DNA from: an uncultured Eubacteriales bacterium | GTDB taxonomy: Bacteria > Acidobacteriota > Aminicenantia > Aminicenantales > Aminicenantaceae | Assembly (NCBI GenBank): GCA_964611275.1 | Contig: CAZSZS010000040.1 | Coordinates: 2,992-66,991, forward strand | Direction of reading: 5' to 3' | Length of the DNA: 64,000 nucleotides | In this document: piece after piece, positions 8,881 to 17,749 of the stretch | Layout: each line of letters starts with the position of its first letter | Position numbering within the stretch: position 1 is the stretch's first letter | Notes under the pieces: model-generated | Database searches by the model: none | Told to the model about the DNA's origin: nothing | What the model saw: only the letters and a program-made list of their open reading frames with translations | Made by a program: the position numbers and the translations under genes

Positions 8881-8911
8881 AAACTGACCTATTCATAAAA
8901 AAATGGCAATG
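8881..8911 (+). repeat. Copy A of a 31-nt intergenic motif AA(A/C)CTGAMYYATTCATAAAAAAATGGCRATG
   Basis: AAACTGACCTATTCATAAAAAAATGGCAATG. By hand alignment, 27/31 identical to copy B (12471-12501) and 28/31 to copy C (58174-58204), all in the same orientation. Confidence 0.8.
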
Positions 8912-9122
8912 TTCATTGTAACAAAAAAACAGGAATTATTCTGTTTTTTGTTCTTAGCCAAAGCCTTTTTTTCAGATTGAAAAGACGGCAGGTTTGTGTT
9001 ATAAATATCCTTCTTGATCTATATGGATATGGGGAGGGCAGAGGAAGTCTGTGATAAAATACGGGGGAGATAAAATCCACACAAAAAGGCTTCGAATGTG
9101 AATTTTTACAGGAGATATTGAT

Positions 9123-11234
9123 ATGGCAGACAATTTGTATGTGACGTCAACGGAAAGAAAAAGCGGCAAATCAGTCATTTCACTCGGTCTGACAGAGATG
9201 CTCATAAGAAATGTGGATAAAGTAGCTTTTTTTCGCCCTCTTATATACGTGGATTCTAATAAGAAAACAAAGGATGATGATATCAATCTGATGTCAGGTT
9301 ATTATAATCTTGATATCCCTTATGATAAGATGTACGGCTTTTCCACTGATGAAGCCAATGAAATGCTGTCTCAAGGAAAATATGATGAACTGATTGAGAA
9401 GATTGTAACCAAGTATAAATATTTGGAAGAAAACTATGATTTTGTTTTGTGCGAAGGGACTGACTTCGAAGGGGCCACATCTGCTTTTGAGTTTGACATC
9501 AACGCGGACATCGCCAACAACCTGGGATGTCCTGTGGTTTTATCCACGAATGCCTATAACAGATCTGAGGAAGATGTGATCAGGTCAGTTGAGACCTCTC
9601 TGGAATCCTTCATTGAAAAACACTGTAAAGTAGTGGCTATCATAGTGAACAGAGCTGAAAAGGGGGATAGGATCGTATCTAAACTGAAAGGCAATCCTCT
9701 TGTGAAAGACAGTCTTGTGTTCAGCATTCCCAATATCAAGTCCCTTCAGTATCCCACTGTCGGGGAAGTGGCCAAAGCACTGAATGCGCGGGTTGTTTCC
9801 GGACAGGTGAAATTGAACCGACATGTTGGGGGATTCGGTGTAGCAGCCATGCAGTTGTGGAATGTTCTGACCAGGGTTTCAAACGGAGATATCGTCATCA
9901 CTCCAGGAGACAGGGCTGATGTCATTGTCGGCTGTCTGTCAGCGCTCTCGTCTTCCTCTATGCCCAGTATATCAGGGATTATTTTGACGGGAGGGCTGAT
10001 ACCTCAGGAACCGATCCTTAAATTGATCGAAGGCTATGACGAGAAGATCCCTATTTTAAGTGTCAAAGAAAATACTTTTGAAGCAGCCCGTATGGCTGAT
10101 AATATCCATGCGGTTATAGATCCGGATGACACCATTAAAGTGGCTCAAGCACTTGAGGCTTTTGAAAAAAATGTTGAACTTGAAGAGTTGAGAGAAAAAA
10201 TCATCAAAACAAAAGTATCCATAGTGACTCCCAAAATGTTCGAATACAGGCTTATTAAGAGGGCCCAAAGCCGGAAACAGCATATTGTCTTGCCTGAGGG
10301 AGAGGATGAGAGAATTTTACAGGCCGCAGAGATATTGTCCCGGAGGGATGTGGTCGACCTGACATTACTAGGAAATGAAAAGGTCATGCGTGACAAAATA
10401 ACAAAGTTGGGGCTGCAGCTTGATAAAGTCAATATAGTAGATGTTCCGAACAATGGTAGATTTGAGGATTACGCACAAACCTATTATGAGTTGAGAAAGC
10501 ACAAAGGGTTGGAGATGGATAATGCGCACGATAATATGAGTGAGCTCAGTTATTTTGGCACGATGATGGTCTATAAAGGGGATGCAGACGGGATGGTCAG
10601 CGGAGCCGCGCACACCACAAGAAACACCCTTCGCCCTGCGTTTGAATTCATAAAAACGAAAAAAGGTTTTTCTATCATATCGAGCGTATTCTTTATGTGC
10701 CTTCCTGACAGAGTGTTGGTCTATGGAGACTGCGCCGTGAATCCTGATCCAAATGCGGACCAGCTTGCCGAAATCGCTATCGCATCCGCTCAAACGGCTG
10801 TCACTTTTGATATCCAGCCTATTGTGGCCATGCTTTCCTATTCCACAGGAGATTCGGGAGTGGGAGAGGATGTGGAAAAAGTCAAGGAAGCCACAAAAAA
10901 AGCCAGGGAACTGGCAAAGAACTATTCCATGGATTTGAAGATCGAAGGTCCGATCCAGTATGATGCGGCCATTGATCCGGGTGTAGCGAAGGCAAAACTT
11001 CCGGGAAGTGATGTGGCCGGAAGAGCAAACGTTTTCGTTTTTCCTGACCTCAATACAGGGAATAATACATACAAAGCTGTTCAGAGATCAGCCGGAGCTG
11101 TGGCCATTGGCCCGGTCCTTCAGGGGCTTAACAAACCAGTCAATGACTTAAGCCGGGGATGCACTGTGACAGATATCTTTAATACAGTAGCCATAACAGC
11201 CATTCAGGCTCAGGCTGAAAAGAAAAAATCTTGA
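9123..11234 (+). CDS. pta: Phosphate acetyltransferase, long form (N-terminal P-loop-like/DRTGG region plus PTA_PTB domain)
   Basis: 703 aa. The C-terminal half has typical Pta blocks (IVLPEGEDERIL, VSGAAHTT, YGDCAVNPDP, PDLNTGNNTYK). Sits immediately upstream of ackA. Confidence 0.92.
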   Translation: MADNLYVTSTERKSGKSVISLGLTEMLIRNVDKVAFFRPLIYVDSNKKTKDDDINLMSGYYNLDIPYDKMYGFSTDEANEMLSQGKYDELIEKIVTKYKYLEENYDFVLCEGTDFEGATSAFEFDINADIANNLGCPVVLSTNAYNRSEEDVIRSVETSLESFIEKHCKVVAIIVNRAEKGDRIVSKLKGNPLVKDSLVFSIPNIKSLQYPTVGEVAKALNARVVSGQVKLNRHVGGFGVAAMQLWNVLTRVSNGDIVITPGDRADVIVGCLSALSSSSMPSISGIILTGGLIPQEPILKLIEGYDEKIPILSVKENTFEAARMADNIHAVIDPDDTIKVAQALEAFEKNVELEELREKIIKTKVSIVTPKMFEYRLIKRAQSRKQHIVLPEGEDERILQAAEILSRRDVVDLTLLGNEKVMRDKITKLGLQLDKVNIVDVPNNGRFEDYAQTYYELRKHKGLEMDNAHDNMSELSYFGTMMVYKGDADGMVSGAAHTTRNTLRPAFEFIKTKKGFSIISSVFFMCLPDRVLVYGDCAVNPDPNADQLAEIAIASAQTAVTFDIQPIVAMLSYSTGDSGVGEDVEKVKEATKKARELAKNYSMDLKIEGPIQYDAAIDPGVAKAKLPGSDVAGRANVFVFPDLNTGNNTYKAVQRSAGAVAIGPVLQGLNKPVNDLSRGCTVTDIFNTVAITAIQAQAEKKKS

Positions 11235-11270
11235 TTTGACTAGCCTGGATTATTCACAGAAAGGATAAAA

Positions 11271-12488
11271 ATGAAAATACTAGTGATCAATACAGGAAGT
11301 TCCTCTATTAAATATCAATTATTTGATATGGATCAAAAAAAGGCATTGGTGACGGGACTGGCAGAAAAAATAGGTGAAGAGACAAGTATTCTGACGCATG
11401 AATTACTAGACAACAAGGGAAAGGGAAAAGAAAAGATTGAAAAGCAAAGGATTAGCGATCACGAGCAGGGCATGGAGAGAATCGTCAATCTTCTTATCGA
11501 TCAGGAATGGGGAGTTATCAGGGATAAATCTGAGATCAATGCCGTAGGACACAGGGTTGTCCACGGGGGAGAAGCTTTTAAATCTTCCACGGTTATTACA
11601 AGTGAAGTGATCTCCGCAATAGAAGAAAACATACCCCTGGCTCCTTTGCACAATCCGCCGAACCTCACGGGGATCAAGGTGGCCCGTTCTTTATTTCCAG
11701 ATGCCCCGCAGGTTGCTGTGTTTGATACCGCGTTCCATCAGTCAATCCCAAGGAGAGCTTATCTTTATGCTGTTCCTTATGAGTTGTACGAAAAGCACAG
11801 AGTTCGTAGATATGGATTTCACGGGACTTCGCATGAATATGTGGCACAGGAAGGCGCTGCTTATCTGAACCGGCCTCTTCAGGACTTGAACCTTATCACC
11901 GTTCATTTAGGTAATGGAGCCAGCATGTCAGCGGTTAAAAAGGGAAAGTGCGTGGATACTACCATGGGCATGACTCCTCTGGAAGGGCTTGTGATGGGAA
12001 CGCGCTCTGGTGATATTGACCCGGCCCTCCCTTATTTCTTGTCCAAAAATCTCAGTCTATCCATTGATGAGATTGATGATCTTTTAAATAAGAAGAGCGG
12101 ATTAAAAGGTATCTGCGGCATAAATGATATGAGGGAGATCGAGCAGAGAGCCGCTGCAGGAGATCAGAGAGCGGTAACGGCCCTGGATGTCTACACTCTT
12201 CGGATAAAGAAGTACATCGGCGCTTATTATGCTGAACTCGGGCACCTGGATTCCGTGATATTTACAGCCGGCATCGGTGAGAATTCCCCAAAGGTACGCC
12301 ATATGAGCTGTGAGGGTTTAGAGGATTTGGGTCTCAAGCTGAACCCGGAAAAAAATAAAGTAAAGGCCGAAACCACAAGAGAGGTCAGCCGTGAAGATTC
12401 AAGAGTGAAAATTCTGGTTGTGCCCACCAATGAAGAGAAGAAAATAGCTTTAGAGACAGAAAAGGTGATCAACCTGACTCATTCATAA
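11271..12488 (+). CDS. ackA: Acetate kinase
   Basis: MKILVINTGSSSIKYQLF N-terminus, GHRVVHGG, LAPLHNP, FHGTSH, TVHLGNGAS, FTAGIGENS. Confidence 0.95.
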   Translation: MKILVINTGSSSIKYQLFDMDQKKALVTGLAEKIGEETSILTHELLDNKGKGKEKIEKQRISDHEQGMERIVNLLIDQEWGVIRDKSEINAVGHRVVHGGEAFKSSTVITSEVISAIEENIPLAPLHNPPNLTGIKVARSLFPDAPQVAVFDTAFHQSIPRRAYLYAVPYELYEKHRVRRYGFHGTSHEYVAQEGAAYLNRPLQDLNLITVHLGNGASMSAVKKGKCVDTTMGMTPLEGLVMGTRSGDIDPALPYFLSKNLSLSIDEIDDLLNKKSGLKGICGINDMREIEQRAAAGDQRAVTALDVYTLRIKKYIGAYYAELGHLDSVIFTAGIGENSPKVRHMSCEGLEDLGLKLNPEKNKVKAETTREVSREDSRVKILVVPTNEEKKIALETEKVINLTHS

Positions 12489-12501
12489 AAAAATGGCGAT
12501 G
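12471..12501 (+). repeat. Copy B of the 31-nt intergenic motif; overlaps the last codons and stop of ackA
   Basis: AACCTGACTCATTCATAAAAAAATGGCGATG. The ackA TAA stop (12486-12488) lies inside the motif. Followed by AGCATTTTTTT. Confidence 0.8.
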
Positions 12502-12576
12502 AGCATTTTTTTGTGACATTATGTCATAGTTATCAATTTGAAGAATTTTTTATTATTTTGTTAAGGAGGGAGAGGG

Positions 12577-14157
12577 ATGAAATGCTTGAAGGGGATAGTC
12601 CTGGGTATTGTTCTGTGCTTTTTTTGTCTGAGTGCTGTGGCTCAAGACAATAATGATACCCTTTTCTCAGATTTGACTAAAGTGAAGAAGGCGCGGTCCA
12701 AAGCAGTGACTTCTTCGGCATCAAACGCCAACAGCAATCTCGACCGCCGCACCTATATCCAGTCCGATGAGACTTTTGTGATGGCTGATATAGAGGGACC
12801 CGGCATCATCAACCATATCTGGCTGACATTCAATGAAGCCCGGCCCAACTGGCTGGAGGAGCATGGATCAGCAAAGCCATCGGATATCGTGCTGCGGATG
12901 TACTGGGATGGATGTGAGGACCCGGCTGTAGAAGCACCTCTAGGGGATTTTTTTGCTGCGGGATTTGGGGAGCGCCATGAGATCCGGTCACTCCCGGTTC
13001 TCGTTGAAGGAGGAGACGGATACAACTGCTACTGGCAGATGCCTTTTTACAAGAGAGCAAAGGTCATAGTGACCAACGAAGGGGAGAAGAAGGTGCGGAG
13101 CTTTTACTATCATATTGATTATACAGAGGTTGAAAGTCTGCCCAAAGACACGGCCTATTTTTGTGCCCAGTACCGCCAGGAATTCCCGGAGAAAGAAGGA
13201 AGAGATTATTTGATCTGTGATGCGGAGGGATGGGGACATTATGTAGGAACGGTTATGTCGGTCCGGTCGCGTTCGCCCTTCTGGTTTGGAGAGGGAGATG
13301 CCCGGATTTATATAGATGGCGAGGAAAAGCCTTCTATTCAGGGAACCGGAACAGAGGACTATTTTCTCATGGCATGGGGATTGAATGAGGCTCTTTTTCC
13401 GTTTTTCGGCTGCACGTACCAGAGCTCCGGCTTTTCCGACCTCGGTGTTAAATATACGTTGTACCGGTGGCATATTGCAGATCCCATACGGTTTACAGAG
13501 TCTTTCCGGTTCGAGATCGAGCATACCGGTTGGATCACAGGCGACGAGACAGAGACCGGAGAGATAGACGGCCATGTGGAGCGTGAAGACGACGTCGCTA
13601 CAGTGGCGTTCTGGTACCAGGTCGGTCAGCCAAAGCGGTTCACAGAACTGCTTTCCCTCAAAGAGCGGGAGCTTCCGAATCTGGATATCATCATACAGAG
13701 CAGCGAGATGATAGAGACCGAAGAGCATTCAAAGGGCATGGTCACGCTCCAGGAGGGCTACGACTGGACAGAAGGCAGGCAGATGCTCTTTGACCCCGGA
13801 GCAGAGGACGGTTGTTTGGAAGTCAGTTTTGAAGTCGAAGAAGAGGACTACAGAGGGCTTATGCTCATACTCAGCCATGCTCCTGATTACGGGATCTACC
13901 GCATTTATCTAGACGGGGAAAATATCAAGCGTCCGGAGGATTACATAGACCCGGACAAACCTTATGAGATAGATTTTTTCTCCGAGCAAATGGATGTGAG
14001 AGAGATCTATATGGGGAGTCTTACCCTGCCTGTAGGCACACATACATTGCGTTTTGAGTGTGCAGGTAAAAATCCATATTCGAAAGGATATATTCTGGGG
14101 CTAGATTCTGTACGGCTCAGAGAGAGGTGGAAAAAGAAACGCAAATCCCTGCGTTAA
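12577..14157 (+). CDS. Secreted DUF2961 / glycoside hydrolase family 172-like protein
   Basis: Signal peptide (LCFFCLSAVAQ). DUF2961-type block IEGPGIINHIWLT and later GTGTEDYF. Confidence 0.65.
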   Translation: MKCLKGIVLGIVLCFFCLSAVAQDNNDTLFSDLTKVKKARSKAVTSSASNANSNLDRRTYIQSDETFVMADIEGPGIINHIWLTFNEARPNWLEEHGSAKPSDIVLRMYWDGCEDPAVEAPLGDFFAAGFGERHEIRSLPVLVEGGDGYNCYWQMPFYKRAKVIVTNEGEKKVRSFYYHIDYTEVESLPKDTAYFCAQYRQEFPEKEGRDYLICDAEGWGHYVGTVMSVRSRSPFWFGEGDARIYIDGEEKPSIQGTGTEDYFLMAWGLNEALFPFFGCTYQSSGFSDLGVKYTLYRWHIADPIRFTESFRFEIEHTGWITGDETETGEIDGHVEREDDVATVAFWYQVGQPKRFTELLSLKERELPNLDIIIQSSEMIETEEHSKGMVTLQEGYDWTEGRQMLFDPGAEDGCLEVSFEVEEEDYRGLMLILSHAPDYGIYRIYLDGENIKRPEDYIDPDKPYEIDFFSEQMDVREIYMGSLTLPVGTHTLRFECAGKNPYSKGYILGLDSVRLRERWKKKRKSLR

Positions 14158-14220
14158 GGAGCGGGAATGGGATACAGAAATCGATCTCTGAGACCGCCTA
14201 GAGAGAGTGGTTTTTATTAT

Positions 14221-14247
14221 AAAAATCTTGCTTGAAGATTTTTTTTT
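14221..14247 (+). terminator. Candidate intrinsic terminator after the GH172-like gene
   Basis: AAAAATCTT-GCTTG-AAGATTTTT hairpin running into a T-tract. The stem is AT-rich, hence weak. Confidence 0.35.
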
Positions 14248-14282
14248 GATTATCATTGTTATCTAAAACAAAAAATCGTCCC

Positions 14283-15275
14283 ATGAAAAGAGCTTGCTTT
14301 TTTTTACTTATTTTGCTTTTTATTTTTTTTAGCTGCGGAAAAAACAACAAGGAAAGCCTTTACACCATAGGGATATTTCAAGTAAACGATGCTCCCCATT
14401 TAAACAAGGCAGTGGAAGGTTTTTTAAGTTGTCTGCAGGACAATGGAATGGTCCACGGAGAAAACGTCACTCTTATACTGAAGAACGCGAAGGGAGATAT
14501 TTCTGAAGTTCACAATATTGTTGGGAGTTTTGTGAAAAACGATGTTGACATGATCGCTGCTTTTTCAACAGCCTGCCTTCAGGCTGCCCTTAATGCGACG
14601 AGCGAGATTCCCATTGTTTTTTCATCGGTCGCGAATCCTTATAGAGCGGGAGCTGGTTTTTCTCAAAAAGAACATCTCGGTCATGTGACCGGTGTATCTT
14701 CCAGGAGTCCTATAAAGGAAGGGCTCTATTTTTTAAAGGAGGTCCTGCCTGAATCTTCAAAAATAGGGACACTTTGGACTCCTTCGGAATTGAATTCCGA
14801 ATATTATCTTGAATTGACCCGTGAGAGCGCAGCTGAACTGGGTCTGGAAGTCGAGGCAGTACCAATAGCCAATTCAAATGAAGTCCTGCTTTCCTCACAG
14901 CTACTTGTCAGCAGAGGAGTGGATGCGATTTATCAGATATCTGATAATACCATCAATGAGTCTTTCGAGGCCGTGGCTCAGGTTGCTCTTGATAACGAAG
15001 TGCCTTTGTTTGGAGGATTCCCTGTTTCCGCAGAACAAGGAGCCTGTGCGGCATTGGGGTGGGATTTTTTTGATATGGGATATAAATCCGGCGAAATGGC
15101 TTTTGAGATAAAAAACGGAAGGAGCCCGGCTGATATTCCTTTTCAGTATATGAAAAAAGCCAGCCTTTTTATCAACACAGAAGCCGCATCAAGACAAAGA
15201 GTAAGGTTTTCAAAGGAAATCCTGGAGAGAGCAGATAAGGTCTACACTTCCATTGAAAATGGGAGTAATGAGTAA
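14283..15275 (+). CDS. ABC transporter substrate-binding lipoprotein (COG2984 / ABC_sub_bind type); no permease or ATPase adjacent
   Basis: Lipobox LFIFFSC after the ATG at 14283. Blocks IGIFQVNDAPHLNKAVEGF, NAKGD and DMIAAFSTACLQAAL match this family. Confidence 0.7.
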   Translation: MKRACFFLLILLFIFFSCGKNNKESLYTIGIFQVNDAPHLNKAVEGFLSCLQDNGMVHGENVTLILKNAKGDISEVHNIVGSFVKNDVDMIAAFSTACLQAALNATSEIPIVFSSVANPYRAGAGFSQKEHLGHVTGVSSRSPIKEGLYFLKEVLPESSKIGTLWTPSELNSEYYLELTRESAAELGLEVEAVPIANSNEVLLSSQLLVSRGVDAIYQISDNTINESFEAVAQVALDNEVPLFGGFPVSAEQGACAALGWDFFDMGYKSGEMAFEIKNGRSPADIPFQYMKKASLFINTEAASRQRVRFSKEILERADKVYTSIENGSNE

Positions 15276-15364
15276 GCGAAAGGATTAGCTTGAAGAGGGT
15301 CGGAGCAGGCAGCTTTCAGGAGGAACTTTACGATTGAACGTGATTTTTGTATAATGAAAAAAAG

Positions 15365-15640
15365 ATGATGGAGAGAGCAAGCATACTCATTTCAGGCCGG
15401 GTTCAGGGTGTTCTCTTCCGTGATTTTACACAGAGATGGGCCTCGTCCTTGGGATTGAAAGGATGGGTCAAAAATGTAGTTGGCGGGCGAGTCGAGGTCC
15501 TGGTAGAGGGAGAAAAGGATAAAATCAATCAGATGATAGGGAAGCTCAGACAAGGGCCCCAAATGGCACGGGTAGATGATGTTGAACTTGAATGGCAGGA
15601 ATATAAAGGAGAGTACGGGGATTTTCGTATCACATGGTAG
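15365..15640 (+). CDS. acyP: Acylphosphatase
   Basis: About 90 aa. ISGRVQGVLFRDFT and GWVKNVVGGRVEVLVEG are the acylphosphatase signature blocks. Confidence 0.85.
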   Translation: MMERASILISGRVQGVLFRDFTQRWASSLGLKGWVKNVVGGRVEVLVEGEKDKINQMIGKLRQGPQMARVDDVELEWQEYKGEYGDFRITW

Positions 15641-15690
15641 GTTTTTATTGCGAGCATGCAGTCAAATCCCTATAAGAAAGAGGAGAAGCC

Positions 15691-16014
15691 ATGTTTAAAC
15701 ATGCAAAAAAAGATCATCCGAGCGTAGAGGTTTTTAAGGGTGTTGTCCGAACGACCTTAGGGTGTGGAAAAGATGTTCTTATGGCTCGATTCGATTATAA
15801 GAAAGGCTCTCAAGTCCCCCCTCATAGGCACTCTTATGAACAAGTAACGGTCATTATTAAAGGGAAGCAAAAAGTCATTATAGATAACAAGGGGGAGAAA
15901 GAAGAGATTATACTGGAAGAAGGGGATTCCTATATGGTTCCAGCCTCATTTGAACACGAGCAATTCAATCTTGAGGATACGGTGACCATAGATTCTTGGA
16001 GCCTTGCTCCCTAG
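15691..16014 (+). CDS. Cupin domain protein
   Basis: 107 aa. PPHRHSYEQVTVIIKG ... YMVPASFEH (cupin motifs 1 and 2). Good RBS GAGGAG. Confidence 0.7.
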   Translation: MFKHAKKDHPSVEVFKGVVRTTLGCGKDVLMARFDYKKGSQVPPHRHSYEQVTVIIKGKQKVIIDNKGEKEEIILEEGDSYMVPASFEHEQFNLEDTVTIDSWSLAP

Positions 16015-16322
16015 GGGTTTTCGTTTTTCTTTCTGGACTCGAGAAATTTATTTCGACATTCCTTTGAACAAAAGTAATATTCTTTTCCTTTGTGTATTTC
16101 TTTTATGGCATCTTCTTTAGGAAGATACGTATTACAGACTTGATCTTTGACCATGATCCCGGGTTTTGAGCTTGGTTTTTGGGGAGGCTTTTTTGCCCGT
16201 TTTAATGACTGATAGGTTTTGACGACGATGTATATCAAATAGGCAATCATCGCATAGAAAATGACTTTGAATAATCCGGACATAATGGATATAAATTTAG
16301 ATGATTTAGCCTTGTATGTCAA
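16011..16322 (-). CDS. Membrane-anchored YHS/TRASH-type metal-binding domain protein
   Basis: N-terminal TM helix, then VCNTYLPKEDAIKEIHKGKEYYFCSKECRNKF (YHS-like Cys pattern). Confidence 0.6.
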   Translation of the reverse strand: MTYKAKSSKFISIMSGLFKVIFYAMIAYLIYIVVKTYQSLKRAKKPPQKPSSKPGIMVKDQVCNTYLPKEDAIKEIHKGKEYYFCSKECRNKFLESRKKNENP

Positions 16323-16402
16323 CTAAATCCTTCCTCTGGTTTTTACCACTTTTCACTGTTGACTGCTCACCTATTTTGTTATAATGAGTGGTTGAGAAAA
16401 AA

Positions 16403-17335
16403 ATGAATATCGTTCAAGAAATATTAAAGGGCAGTCCTAAAGCCATGGCCAGGGCTATTTCCTTGATTGAGAACAGAGATGTTCGTGCGCAGGAGATTCT
16501 AAAAGGGATTTTTCCCTATTCCGGAAAATCGATCATAATCGGGATAACCGGAGCACCAGGTTCTGGCAAAAGCACCTTGGTGGATCAGATTGTGACGGTT
16601 TTCAAAGAAAAACAAAAAAAGATCGGCATCATTGCTGTTGATCCCACAAGTCCTTTTAGCGGAGGGGCCATCCTGGGTGACAGAATTCGTATGATGCGCC
16701 ACAGTACAGATAAAGATGTTTTTATAAGAAGTATGGCAACCAGAGGACACCTGGGGGGGCTTTCGAAATCCTCAAGCGAGGCCATCACTGTGCTTGAGGC
16801 CGGAGGAAAGGATGTCATACTTGTGGAGACAGTGGGAGTCGGACAGGATGAAGTCGAGGTGGTTAAACTTGCGGATTTGATACTGGTCATACTGACACCT
16901 GGAGCCGGAGACGATATTCAGGTTTTTAAAGCAGGGATCATGGAGATCGCGGATATATTTGTTCTCAACAAAGCAGACTCCCCGGAAGCAGAGAGAACAG
17001 AACGGCATCTGAAAGCCATGCTGGATTTAGGACTGAATAAGGAAGCCGTACCTCCCATAGTCAAAACAATCGCCACTACAGGGGAAAACATTGGTTCTCT
17101 TGTTAAGCACATAGAGAGCTTTACGTCCGGGAAGAAAGGGAAGCTGAAGACGGCGAGAAAGAAAAGGCTGATCTTATGGATGCTGAAGGACATCATTGGC
17201 GAAAAAATTCATCAGTTGATCACCCGCAGTATTAAAGAAGATGAACTTGAGGATTATGTTGATCAGATATTTAAAAGGGAGACAGATCCTTATACTATAG
17301 CTGATGGTTTTATCCAAAAGTTAAAGGATTCTTAA
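16403..17335 (+). CDS. meaB: Methylmalonyl-CoA mutase-associated G3E GTPase (MeaB/ArgK)
   Basis: P-loop GITGAPGSGKSTL, VETVGVGQ, NKAD. Immediately followed by an epimerase gene. Confidence 0.85.
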   Translation: MNIVQEILKGSPKAMARAISLIENRDVRAQEILKGIFPYSGKSIIIGITGAPGSGKSTLVDQIVTVFKEKQKKIGIIAVDPTSPFSGGAILGDRIRMMRHSTDKDVFIRSMATRGHLGGLSKSSSEAITVLEAGGKDVILVETVGVGQDEVEVVKLADLILVILTPGAGDDIQVFKAGIMEIADIFVLNKADSPEAERTERHLKAMLDLGLNKEAVPPIVKTIATTGENIGSLVKHIESFTSGKKGKLKTARKKRLILWMLKDIIGEKIHQLITRSIKEDELEDYVDQIFKRETDPYTIADGFIQKLKDS

Positions 17336-17743
17336 ATGACAGAAAAAATACACCATATAGGCATTGCGGTCAATGACATTGAAGAGAGCCTTACCAAGTG
17401 GGGGCGGTATGTAACATTTGAAAAAGGAGACATAGAGGAAATAAAGACAAGAGGCGTGAAAGTGGTGACTCTGGGATTTGAGGAAGGGCCTTTGATTGAA
17501 CTTCTTGAGGCAGTGGGAAGTGAATCTCCTATAAGGAAATTCATAGACAAACGCGGGGAAGGAATTCACCACATTTGTTTCAAAACGGATGACCTGGACC
17601 TTAAAGTCAGGGAGCTCAAGAAAAAAGGAGTCCGATTTGTTCAGGAAAGACCTGTTTCAGGAGCAGGGGGGAGCCGTATTATTTTTATACATCCGGATAA
17701 TCTCAATGGAGTGCTCATTGAGCTGAAGGAAGAGAAAGAATAA
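17336..17743 (+). CDS. Methylmalonyl-CoA epimerase (VOC/glyoxalase fold)
   Basis: 135 aa. IHHIGIAVNDIEESL ... GEGIHHICFKTDD ... IFIHP; typical MCE length and motifs. The ATG directly abuts the meaB stop. Confidence 0.8.
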   Translation: MTEKIHHIGIAVNDIEESLTKWGRYVTFEKGDIEEIKTRGVKVVTLGFEEGPLIELLEAVGSESPIRKFIDKRGEGIHHICFKTDDLDLKVRELKKKGVRFVQERPVSGAGGSRIIFIHPDNLNGVLIELKEEKE

Positions 17744-17749
17744 TTCAGG

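Noticed and set aside
8903-8980. Mini-ORFs starting at the conserved ATGGCRATG of the 31-nt motif (MAMFIVTKK... 25 aa; MAMSIFL; MAMYV).
   Set aside because: No Shine-Dalgarno precedes them, whereas real genes here have strong ones. Lengths and sequences after the first three codons are not conserved, so a leader-peptide reading is unsupported.
12494-12512. Reading TGGC...in the 31-nt motif as a sigma54 (-24 GG / -12 GC) promoter.
   Set aside because: The GG-to-GC spacing is wrong in all three copies: 8 nt in B, a 13-nt GT in A, and none in C, against the required 12. There is also no TTGC element.
12511-12526. TTGTGACATTATGTCA as a CRP/FNR or Rex box near pta-ackA.
   Set aside because: The right half is TGTCA, not TCACA, so the site is symmetric as TGACAT/ATGTCA instead. 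It lies downstream of ackA, not upstream of pta.
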